Shown: positions 24,578 to 36,040 of the stretch, in pieces
Layout of the letters: each line of letters opens with the position of its first letter
Position numbering within the stretch: position 1 is the first letter of the stretch
Assembly (NCBI RefSeq): GCF_009834535.1
Contig: NC_045697.1
Location: 22,508,001 to 22,572,000, forward strand
Length of the DNA stretch: 64,000 nt
Direction of reading: 5' to 3'
Source of the DNA: Camelus ferus
Taxonomy: Eukaryota
Notes under the pieces: model-generated
What the model saw: the letters and a program-made list of their open reading frames with translations, nothing else
Database searches by the model: none
What the model was told of the DNA's origin: nothing
Translations under genes and position numbers: made by a program

Positions 24578-24625
24578 CACACACCCTTCTTGGTTCTGTT
24601 TCTCTGGAGAACATCAATTAGAATA
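24357..24625 (+). mobile_element. ERVL solo LTR (MLT2-like), internally deleted, with a (CA)n tract
   Basis: TGTGATGGTCCATTTTATATGTTAACTTGGCTGGGCCACGGTGCCCAGATATTTGG ... GAGTAAAGCAGATT ... TTGGTTCTGTTTCTCTGGAGAAC. Confidence 0.85.
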
Positions 24626-25454
24626 TATGGTTCTTGAGCATTTGAAAATATGGCTGTGTTTATGAATTTTTATAAAATACAACCAGTGCTCACCCAGCTA
24701 TAGACTTAAGCTAACGATAAACTTGCATCTATAGACAATGGATCTAGAGTTTGGAATGAGTGGGTGGAGCAGAAGCAGAAATTGAAATAATTATAAGATA
24801 ATAAGATAGAAAGTTATAAGGAACACAGGTGAAGAGCAAGTGACCTGAGTGTTCAGTGGAAGGGAGAAAAAAAAGAGTAAGAGAAACGGGAAATAAAAAG
24901 ATGATTTGAACTTATCTTAGTTGTTGAGGACAAGTTTAGAACCATGTCTCAGAATCCGTGTAAGTTTTCTCAAGGCACAGTTCTATCTGAATTGGAGTCT
25001 CAAGAAAAAGTACATGTTTTTCCTGGTATTTTTAACTGAACCCAGAAGCAATTTTTAATAAAACAGAATAACATGATTCTCACATAGCTCACCAGGGAAT
25101 ACTCTGGTCTGGAAATAGAAAACACTGGGAAATCCAGTGGTGGTCATATTCCACGTTAGCAGTGTGGACCTTATATAAGCTTTCTGTATTGATAAATGAG
25201 TGCTTACATATTGATCAGCATTTGAATAAACTACGAAAAATAAGTTTCTCCCCTCTTATTGATATGGGTACATATATCAGCACTAAAAAGGAAATTCTCC
25301 TTAAGCAAAAACTTGCAAAAGAAGCACTAAAATTTGCAGAAATCAGCAAGGGCCAAATGAGCCACTTGTCCATAATAATTGCCTTTTTTGAAAACAGCAG
25401 CAGTTATTCAAATCTGTAAATAATTAAATCAACTTGTACTTTTTAAAAGAGAAA

Positions 25455-25983
25455 TTCAGCTCTGTTGAGGTATAATTAACATAAAATTATAAGATATTTA
25501 CATCATGATGATTTGACATGCCGTATACATTGTAAAAGGATTGTACTCTCCTACCTCTGCTGAATTGACACTTTCATCACTTCACCTATTTATCTTTTTT
25601 TGTAAGAACATTTAAGTTCTATTAACAAATTTCAGTTATATAATACAGTGTTATGAATGATAGTTACCATCTTATACATTAGATCCTCAGACCTTATTCA
25701 TTTTATAGCTGAAATTTTGTACCCTTTTTATCAACCTACTCCCCAGCCTCTAGCAACCTCTTTTGTACTATTTCTATGAGTTTGACTTTTTTTTAAGATT
25801 CCATGTAGAAGATATACCATATAGTATTTGTCTTTCTCTATCTGGCTTATTTCACTTAGTATAATGCCCTCAAATTCCATCCGTGATGTCATAAAAGGCA
25901 GGATTTCCTTGTCATCATTGAATAATATTCTATTATACACACACACCATATCTTCTTTATCCATTCATTGACTGAGAGACTTG
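25455..25983 (-). mobile_element. L1MA-type 3' end including ORF2 C-terminus
   Basis: ORF 25731-25964 contains EILPFMTSRMEFEGIILSEISQIEKDKYYM (L1 ORF2p C-terminus). 3' UTR TGTTGAGGTATAATT. Confidence 0.88.
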
Positions 25984-27129
25984 TTACATGACATTTACTA
26001 GTTTATTATGTTTCCATAATGTAATCAGTTTTAAAACTGGAATGTGATTGGTTTATGTAATTCATTCCTGTTCTGATGATGCCCCAAAGTGTATCCATAA
26101 CTTATGGTACTGTTTATGTACTTATTGTTATGGATAATGATTGCTGATGTATATCCAACTTTTCCTAAAATATGAAAAACACCTCTATTTTTGGCCTGAC
26201 ATTTTTAAGAAAAATAAAACCAAAATCAAAGGGAAACAAAGGAAAAGAAAAAAATACCTATGCAATATAAGAGATGAATGAACAAGTAAATGGGATGAAT
26301 GTGAGAAGACTTTTGTGCTGGCTGGTGTTTTTGTAAGATACAACACACACATAGATTAAAGAAGGATACAAATAAACAGTTAGAAAGCTATTAAGAGATG
26401 AAATATTACATGGGCATTTGTACTATTGCCAAATATAGTCCCTTCAATGTCTCTAAATTTTGTGACTTGCCAAGTTATCTCTTCTATATACGTACTTAAT
26501 GCAACCATAAAAATAAAACTTTGCCTATGGCTTGTGGAAAATGAGAACATTGGCCTAAAGAAAAATGGGACAAAGATTCTAAAAGGAATGTGTTGTAACT
26601 CTCCATTGAGTACCTAGTATAGGGCCTTGTATGTAGTCACTCAAAATAAGTCTATTCAATTGAATTAAACTGAACTGTATTGAAGAAAACCACTTCTATT
26701 TCACTACTTTTCAGTTGGATTCTATTGAAGTAACTCATGCTGGGCCTAACATCTTCTTTTAACTGTTTCCCATTTCCCATTTCATTTTCTCTTTCTATGT
26801 TTTAGCTTAAAAAGTTTTTTTTGAATTAACAGATTGTTAGCAAATTTCATCTATCCATTTATTTCTTCTCTTATATCATGACTTTTTTTTTTTTAAAAAA
26901 AAGCACAATGATTCCTTGAAGAGCTTTTGTTTGTGAAAGGTTCTTAGCTGTTAATAGCATGTAGTTTTGGGAGGCTTTATCTTAAAACATTTTTTTTTGA
27001 CTATTGTGATTTGTGTCTGTAATGATTAATTGTACAGTCCTAAACTACTCTTGCTAAGGCTGAATAATCAGGCTTAAGACATAATTTTATAGATCAGGTC
27101 TAGTTCCCCCCAAAGAACTCAGAATCACT

Positions 27130-28160
27130 TTTGTTTTTATCACTAATTTTAGTTGAAGTATAGACACATGAATAAAATTACACAAAATATGAGTTCCAAC
27201 TCTATGAATTATCACTTAAAAACCCCATATTTCATTTTGTAACATAGATATTGATTTCACTGTGCACCATATCTTGAAAAGACAGACTATGCTCTGCAGT
27301 TTATACGTGGACTATTTTCATCTCTTTTCTGCTTAATTTGGTCTGTTTGTCTATCCTTGCGCCAATGTCACTGCCTGACTTTTTAACAAGTTCCTTTTAC
27401 TCTTTTTCAAGTGCCTTGATATTCTTGGCCATTTGTAATTCCATGTAGTATACCAGCTTATCAGTTTCTAAATATCGTTGTATAATGACTTTGCTTGGGG
27501 CTGACTGAACCTAAAGTTTGAGGGAAAACTGACATCTTTTCAATATCCACTCTTCCAATCCTTGAACAACTGTCTTTTCTTCTTTTATGTGGGTCTTTAA
27601 TCTCTCTTGGTAAAATTTTATTGTAAATTTTTACAGTTTTATATATTTTTGTTACCTGTATTTCTAAATATTAGTCTTATGCTTTTAGAAATATTATATT
27701 TTTACTTATTTTTTAACAATTGTTGGCTGGTATATGGAAACATTTTAATATTTCATATTGATATTGTAACTAACCAAAGCTTGCTAAACTCAGTTTTTAA
27801 TTCTATAGTATCAGTAGTTCCATTTGAATTTTCTACATAAACAAATATTTCACCTGCTAATAATGAGATTATTATTTCCTCCTTTCCCAATCTTATAATG
27901 TTTGTTTCTTTTCCTTGTCTGATTGTACTGACTAGAGTCTCCTATAGAAGTTTTGCTGGAACTCTCAGAAAGAGAATTTTCAACATCTAACCATCAAGAT
28001 ACTGGCAATAGTATTTTTTCTTTTGTTTGTAGCCACCCATTATCAGAATGAGGATATTACCCTTTCTCCTACATTGTTACTAAATCAATCAGACATTATT
28101 ACTAATATTATTGTTAACAGGTAAAGAATTTTCATCCAAATAACTGGCTTTCTGCAAAAC
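27130..28160 (-). mobile_element. Ancient L1ME-type LINE, 3' part with deletions
   Basis: TTGAAGTATAGACACATGAATAAAAT (3' end), then ORF2-like blocks ATTCTTGGCCATTTG, GGAAAACTGACATCTTT and TTTTCTACATAAACAAAT ... CCTGCTAATAATGA. Confidence 0.7.
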
Positions 28161-28164
28161 TACA

Positions 28165-28540
28165 TGGAAACCAGCTGTGGCCCAGTGCTTAATGCAACCA
28201 ATCCAGGTCATTCTCAAGGTGAAGATCCTCACTTTCTGATTACAGGCAGGTACTTCTCAATCATGGATGCTGTTTTGAAGAATCGTGAGACTATTCTGCA
28301 GCTGCAACTCAAGGCTCTGACTTACCATGCCAAAGGAGGGTTTGGTGCTTCCGTCAACCACGCACACCCTGTGAGAGGATAGGGCAGGGGTTAGGTTCTC
28401 CCATGTCTTAATTCTACAGTCTCTATGTGGTTGTATCAGGTGAGCTACACCAGGCGCTGTCACTCCTCTCACCACGAATCTCCCCTCACTAGTGCTGCTC
28501 CAGTGGGCCGGGGTGTGTGCCGCTAGCCCGGCGTGCTCTT
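28165..28540 (-). other. GC-richer non-L1 insert interrupting the L1ME; contains a splice-signal-bounded 43-nt segment (28326-28368)
   Basis: Abrupt composition change with a CpG-rich right end. The minus strand has CTAAC branch point, polypyrimidine tract, CAG acceptor and ATG|GTAAGT donor. Confidence 0.5.
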
Positions 28541-30280
28541 GTTTAAAAGACATCCTTTTAAAGATTTTTGGGTTCAGTGTGCTATCATTTCTTTAGTATA
28601 ATTATATTCACGGGTGAGATGTGCATAATTTATCGTTCTAATTTTTGTCTGGTTTTTTTGTATCAAGATTATACTAGCTTAAACCAAAACAAAATTTTCT
28701 AGATGCATAGGAGTTAATTCATCACACATAACAGATGTCCGATGGATTGGGACTCCGTGTTCTCGTGGTCTCTGGTTTGGAAGGGCTGCCTCAAATTTTA
28801 ATTTGCTTGATATTAGTATATATATACCAGATTTTGTTTCATTTCAGTGTGATACATTTTTTCTTATACTTTTACTTTTAGTCTTTCTTTGTCTTTCTGT
28901 TTAAGTGTCTCTGGAGACAAAATTTCTTTTTTATTTCTTTTAAAATGCATTTATTCTATATTCATTTTTGAAGGATATTTTATGTACAGAATTCTATGCT
29001 GCCAATTATTTTTTTCGGAAAGTGAAAACCCTTAGTTTTCACTGTTTCTATTGAAGAGTCCATTGCTCCTTTAATTTTTGTTCCTTTGAAAATAATGTCT
29101 TTTTATCTGGCTATTTTAAATATTTTTTCCTTTGGGTTTTTAAAAAAAACAGTTTTAAATTATATGTTTAGTTGTGTTTTTCTGTTGTTGTTTTCTTATG
29201 TATTTGTTTTATTCTGATTGATATTGTTTCCTCAGTAAGCAGCTTGATATCTTTGTCAATTTTGGAATATTCACTCTCTCTTTAAATGTTTCTTTTGCCT
29301 GATACTTCCTCTCCTTTCATTCTAAAATTTCAATTATATGCTAGAACTTCTCATTCTGTTCTTTAGATTTCTTATTCTCTTTTTTGTTTCTCTGTACATT
29401 TTTTTCATCCCATGCTACATTGTAGGTATTCTCTTCTGACCTTTGTTTCAATTTGATAATTCTCTCTTCAGATGTGTGTAATCTGTTTTGAAATCTAATC
29501 ACTAAGTAACTAGTTCTACAATTTCCATTCTTTTAATATTCCATTTTCTGTTGAAAAGTTCAAACATGCATTTTATGTTCTTAAAAATATTAAGCATGTT
29601 TAAAGATCAGTGTCTGATAACTCCAATTTCTGACACTTTTATGAATCTGTTAAGGTTGTCTTTCATGTCTGGGTTTTCAGTAATAGATCTTGTCTTATTG
29701 CATGCCTGGTTCTTTTTTTTTATTGGAGGCTGGATATCATATCTGAAGAAAAATGTAAGGATAGTGTGATAGCTCAGATAATTTTATATTCTTCAGAGAG
29801 GATTTACAATTTGATCTTCTAGGTGGGTAGATGCCCCTGGAAAATTCAATTGATTTTCAACCACTGGAAGGATCTGAAGATGGGCTGCTTCTTCTAGGAG
29901 AGTTGGGCTATTGCTTGTTTACCCTTATTGCTGTGGTAATACCTTTATAAACCTTTTCCAAACTGTGGGCGGTTTATCAGCCCTTCCTCTCCTTGGCAGA
30001 TGTTAGGTTTAAAGTCTTATTCTCCTAAACCTGCAAGAATTGCAACAACTCTGCTTACCTTCTCTTCTTCTACTTCTAGATTGGCAGAGGCCCTTAGGGA
30101 GGAAAATTAAGTTGCTTCAAATGTGAAGCTCAAAATTTTGATATTTCTTCTCATCTTGGCTCCACAATTCTTTACTGAGTTCTCTTATACCTCAAAACTC
30201 TCAGTCTCCCTGCCCTCCCCCCAAACCCTGCTCTTAATTTTTGTTTTCCTGGTTTTAAAATTGTGGTCAGTTTTAGGATT
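28540..30280 (-). mobile_element. Ancient L1 (L1ME/L1M5-type) ORF2/ORF1 remnants
   Basis: T-rich, with CATTTTTGAAGGATATTT, ATTCTCTCTTCAGATGTGTGTAATCTG and TCTGATAACTCCAAT blocks typical of old antisense L1. Confidence 0.65.
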
Positions 30281-30464
30281 AATTTGAATTTCCTTTTCTG
30301 CAATTACTGACACTGATAATCCAATATTTACATAAAAATGATGTTCACCTTTTGGGCATAGATTTATATAACATCTTAGTATTTTCAGGTTTATATTAAT
30401 AAACAAAATTGCTTAAACTTAACAATTAAATAAAATTTCTAGGTAACTAAGTGGATTCACAAGT

Positions 30465-30665
30465 AATGATGATAATAATACCTAATAGTTCTTTCTCACT
30501 TACTTATGCCAAGCCCTGTATTAAGATCTTCAGAAATAATTTTTTTTAATATTCTTACCTAACTTGTTAGTTATATTTTGTTATTATGCTCATTTTACTG
30601 ATGAAACTGTAGCCCAGAGAAGTAGATCTAGCATTTGAACCCAGCATTTTAATTCCCAAGCTGTC
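30465..30665 (-). mobile_element. MIR SINE
   Basis: CTCATTTTACTGATGAAACTGTAGCCCAGAGAAG ... ATTTGAACCCAG. Confidence 0.75.
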
Positions 30666-32371
30666 GTATATTGGGGTATACTTACAATTTCTGAAAATTA
30701 TTGATATAAACATGGATGCACAGATGCATACATCACACACACACACAGCACACAAACTGCTGTAGTTAAACTCTACTAGGGAGGCAGACTCTCTAGCTAA
30801 TCACACAAGTCTCCTTCACTAAGACCAAAGTCAGCTCCTCTAAATTCTTCACTGATGGGAATGGTTAGCTGAACTAATAATAGTCACTAACAGCTAGCTC
30901 TCTCCCCTTAAGTGACACCTCACTGAAGTTCATTTACATGCAGTACTTCTATCACCATGCTCTCTTGGCCCCTGGGTATATGACTCTCCCTTAAAAATAT
31001 CAGAATATGAGTCTGCTTATTAAAAAAAACTGTTATTTTCCTTTTCCCCCCATAACACATCAGAGGCAAACTTACATTTTTCAAAAGGAATTTTACTAAA
31101 TACACAGGAAGAACAAAAAGGAATAAACAACGTACAAGATGCATTCAAAACTACACAGGCTTAGGAAAAACCAGGTTTCTGTTCCTGTAAGATCGAAGTC
31201 GATTTCCAGGCTGAAAGCCCCTGGTCTATTCCCGGGGAATGTTACTCTCCAGCCTCAAATGGCTGGAGCCACTTTGCAGGCAATTTGCTTGGCTACAGGC
31301 TCTCCTGCCTCCCTGGTTTTCCCCATAGGGTGAAAGCTGTCTTTTCTGCAGGGAGCTGGTCAATCACCCAACTTATTCTCTACATAAGAACTGCAAAAAT
31401 AAAGCATTCCAAACATGCTGCTGACCTGGAATGCTCCCACTCAAGTCTGCCTTCCTTGTGATTGGCAAGCCTACAGCCTTCATGGAGGGGACAACACATA
31501 GACAGCAGTAAGAGGCTTATCCTCTCACCGGTTTCCAAGGGGGTGGTGGGGGATGGGGGGGTAAGAGCTAGATTGTTGACTCTGAATCTGAATCTCTGCT
31601 CTCAGCTACAGGAGAGCAAAAACCAATTCACTAGCAATCACTAGGTCCTGAGGAACTGATGTAAGCAAATTCATTTTACGACAGACTAATTTATAAGCCT
31701 TAATGGCGATTGTATAATTTTCACTGAGAAACACATGTGATCAAAGTCACCATGCTGTCACGCTAGTCTCATCAATGAAACACTCAAAAATCATCATAAA
31801 ATAAATGACCCCTCTTCATCATGTCCTCGGATTTTCAGAATATACACAGTTTGAAATTTCTGACCTCTACGGACGAACAAAATCAATGGAGTCTTACGCA
31901 GTCCAGGACACACATTATATCATTATGTACAATTAACAGTTATAATGCCTGATCATATTTAAACTATTTCTGTTTCCTTTCTGGGTAATCAAAAACATTC
32001 TGAGGTCTCTATTTTTTTTAGGAACCTGTATATACCTTTTTTTTTTCAGTTATCACTATCGTAGAAAGGAATAGCTATGATTCAACTATTACAAATCTAC
32101 TCTAGATGGCTGGCTGGTATAAAAGAATGGAGACATTTGTCAATTATCCAACTAATTATCTCAGTGTACGACAGCCAAACCAAATAATCCCAGTCCCTGA
32201 GTGAACATTCTGAACTGAATTGGCCAGATAACTATTCAATTGCATAGATAACTGTATTCAATAAAAATCTGAGGATATAAACATTTCTGTATTTGTTTCA
32301 TTAATTCATTGACACATAAACCTCCAATGTGTTCATCCTGGGCTTCCAAAATAATGATCATAATAAAAAAT

Positions 32372-32475
32372 TATAGGAGCTAGCATTTACTGACTGCTTA
32401 AGAAGAACCAGGCACTGTGAGTGCTTTCTCTGCATTCTCATTTAATTTTACAACAATCCTGTGAGGTAGGTGCTA
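32372..32475 (-). mobile_element. MIR SINE fragment
   Basis: GCTAGCATTTACTGACTGCTTA ... CCAGGCACTGTG ... CTCATTTAATTTTACAACAATCCTGTGAGGTAGGTGCT. Confidence 0.75.
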
Positions 32476-35400
32476 GCTTACCTGGCATAAAATGGAGCCT
32501 GCATTCCCAAATAACTCTGTGTAAACAGCTTCACACATGTATCACACAAATAAAATTTCCTGTGTGTAATACGTAGGTGGGTTCTTTTGGAATCAGTGTT
32601 TTTCCTTTTTTCTCAAAGGCAAATGAGTTTTCCTTTAGTCATCTTTCTGGTATTTTTGATTCTCGCATCCTTTCCCTCCCTCTGATTGCTATCTTGAGTA
32701 CAATGCCTGTCCCTGATGAGTGATGCTGAGAATCATGAATTTATATGTGATACTCAGAATGTTATATAAAATTGTATTCCTCTCTATTTCGTGGAAATTG
32801 CCATTTCTGCTAACATTTAAGAAAGGAAACACCAAGTTATGTATAAGAATGTCTGGATGGGATGGGTTCTGCACACCTGGATACAGATATGGGACATATG
32901 GAACGTGTGGCATGCAATGGTCACTTGTTTAATTGGTATCGGCTGATGGCTAGGAATGAACCACTGAAGAGTACAGTTTCCCTACACATTAAAAGACACC
33001 TAGGTGCAGAGAATCCCAATTTATTAACATTAATGAGTAACAGATGGTTGTTAAATGCCCAAACACTGTTAACTGGACACTTTAAAAAATGATGCAGTGG
33101 AAGTCTCATGCCTTCTTCAGCCTCCTGAAAACTTGTTAGATTTCAGGTGCTTCTTAGCTTAATGGAATGTGATTGACTATTAAAAAAAATAACCAGAGTT
33201 TGAAGCAAGACAGCCCTGAATTCAAATCCTGCTTTTAATGATTATTGGTTTGGGGAAAAGTATTTAATCTTTTTAATTGTCAAAGTGAGATGATAATGCA
33301 GCTATCCTCTGCTTAACGTCTTTAATCTGTTTCAGAGAAACAGGGTTTGCTGCTAGTATCTTCATGGGGAGCATTTTTTTAGTTCTTCCTTAAGTGCTGT
33401 ATTGCTTGACCTCTCTATCAAAGTTTATCCAAAAAGTAAATTGTTTTTGCAGAAGCAAGGAATAAAGCAAATTGTAGAATAGAAGTAAGATGTGTCAGAT
33501 TTTCACCTTGGTTGGGGAAGGAAGGGAAGAGTGGGCTGGAGGAAGTCCAATAGTAGTGCTGTTCACTACCAGGGTGTCAGTTCTAGGTACTCTTAAATTG
33601 TTTCTGTTTGGTGTTACCATTATTCAGGTGAACAGGCACATACCTTGGTCTAAATGCTGGTTCTATGAATTCCTAGCTAAATCTGCAAGTAGGAGAACAA
33701 ATCAAGGGATGAAGGACTTAAGAATCGGGAAACTTCAAGTTGTCAAAGCTATCAAGAAAAGGTACTGCCAAGAGAATTGTTATGGAACACCAAACAAGTG
33801 AGTTAGGTAACTAGAACCCTGAAAACATGCTCAAATGCACAAACTCACTTCCTATTCAGCGAAAGCTCAGTCAGTGTAAGTCCAATTTATCAGCTAGACC
33901 ATTTTTAATGCCCTCAGCATCACTTGATTACCAGAGACTGTTGATCTTACTACCATATCGTATCTCAGTATTTACAGCTTATTCTCATGTTAAATGGGCT
34001 AGACAGTATCTCTAAGTTTTTGGCTTGAGGTGAGAAGGAATGGAGGGGATTAAGGCATTTTTTAATCTCAGGAAATGTAGTTCAACATGGGGGTAAAAAG
34101 TATGGTAAGTATGAGGTAATGCAAATGTGACAGGTGGCTTTTGACTCCTTGTGAATAGGGATGGCTCACAGATACATAAGCGGGGGACGATGCTGTGATT
34201 TACAGTTAATGATTTAAATCTTTAAATTGTGGCCATTTAAACATGTTAGTAGAAATGCCCTTATATAATATATCTCCATATTTCTGTGGTTTTTGGAACT
34301 TATTTCTTTCACGTGTAGAAGAGCCCCAGGGTACCATGAAAGCTTATCGTTCTCTGCATTGTTGGCAAAGCCGTGGAATCCAAATCTTGCTTAATTGACA
34401 ATGGAAAGAGGCCATTTAATAGGTACAAAAACAAGATTTTGGGGTAAAACATGGAACCAAGTGAAATAACTAAAAATTTTTAATAGGAAGGTATTTCCCA
34501 GTATCACAGTATTTTCCTTTTTATCTTCTGTCTTCCTTTTTTTTCAATATTTGGATCTAAGTTTATCTCACTCGGACTAATACCATGGGTTGAGTGCAAG
34601 GATTTTTTTTTTCACAATATATCAAAGTCTAATAAATAATTAAAAATAAATGCAGATCTGTGTTAGCCTCTTTCTGGAAATAATTCAATTGATATTTAGC
34701 TGGAAACAATTATACTTAGATTATAAAACCTAAAAGCTTTTGAGATACTAGGTCTCTACACCCCAAATTTTGGGGGGATGGAAAGACAAAAAAGGGAAAA
34801 ATAATAACCATATTTTTGCTTTCTGCTATTCATCCGTTATAAAAAAAAAATTTACTGAGGATAAAATATACCAGATTCTGTGTAAGGTGAGAAGTAGCAA
34901 TTGTAACAATGAACCAATTACTGTCATGATGTAAATTTTTGTCTGATTGAAGTCTCAAGATTTAGGTATAATGAGAATAAATTATAAAATATTAGGAAAG
35001 TGGGGAAGCAAGCACACTATTTCTTTTAGCAATGAAAAAAAAGCAATTAAAATTCTGGGTAAAACAGGAATAAAAGAATTTTTAAAGTGTGAACATAGAG
35101 CAAACTGTAATATGGTTTGATTTTAAAACATTAGGGAATTGAGACAGAATTTGTCACATCATAGGTGCTCAATAAATATTTGATGGATGAAATAATTAAT
35201 TAATTAATATAATACAATGTACTTGAGTAGCACAGCAATTGTAAAATTATAACCACAGAATAAGAACTTCACCTACTAGAGTGTACATGTGATCTGTCTT
35301 GTAAATATTCTACTTTGTAGACAGTCTCATATAGTTTCTCTCCCAAGTACTTGTTACATATATACAAATGCATAAGTGACAGATGTTTAGAATTGAAAGT

Positions 35401-35654
35401 AGATATTATAAAGAACTTTAAGAAATGAAGCAGCATTGGAATATTTAGCTTACAAAGCTTTTACTGATTGCTGCTCAACATTCATAGACATAAGAAATAG
35501 ACCAAATAATAGATTATTAAAATTTATAAAATTAACCTATAGAACTAACCTAATTATGGAGGGTTTTTTTTTTTCAAATTCACTCTGTATTTGATGAATA
35601 TTTACCAAGGAGATGTACTGATTTTAAAATAAATATTTAAACAAATGTAATAAA

Positions 35655-36040
35655 ATAAAGGCACATTGCAGAAATTTCAGAAAATATAGAAGAATGTGTA
35701 GAAAAAGATTTTAAAAATCACTTTGTAATCTCATAAGTCAAAGATTACTATTGCTAACTTTCAAGCTTGTTTTCTAATATATTGTGGTTTCCCAAACTTG
35801 TAATGATTCTTGAATTATATTTTTTTTCAGAGTCAACATTACATCAAATATTACCTCAAAGTATTTTCCTCCTTTTTGATGCTTTGTATTTTACTGGTAA
35901 AATAGTCTTATTTTACAGTATGGATAAAGTTATTCAACTATTACTCTTTTGAACATTGAGGCTTTGGAGCAACAATCACTTTATCATTCATTTTACAAAA
36001 CTCAGCTTACTAGTGTCCATGGTTATTTTCTTTAGTTAAA
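35655..36040 (-). mobile_element. L1ME4-like 3' end fragments
   Basis: CATTGCAGAAATTTCAGAAAATATAGAAG ... AAAATCACTTTGTAATCTCATAAGTCAAAGATTACTATTGCTAAC. Confidence 0.5.

Noticed and set aside
32518..32580. Possible pre-miRNA hairpin
   Set aside because: The stem is short, interrupted and built from CA/TG low-complexity sequence, and I recognised no known mature miRNA.
32705..32760. Hammerhead ribozyme-like core (CTGATGA, small stem, GAA)
   Set aside because: It has GAAT instead of the required GAAA, a G-U closing pair in stem II, and no credible stems I and III.
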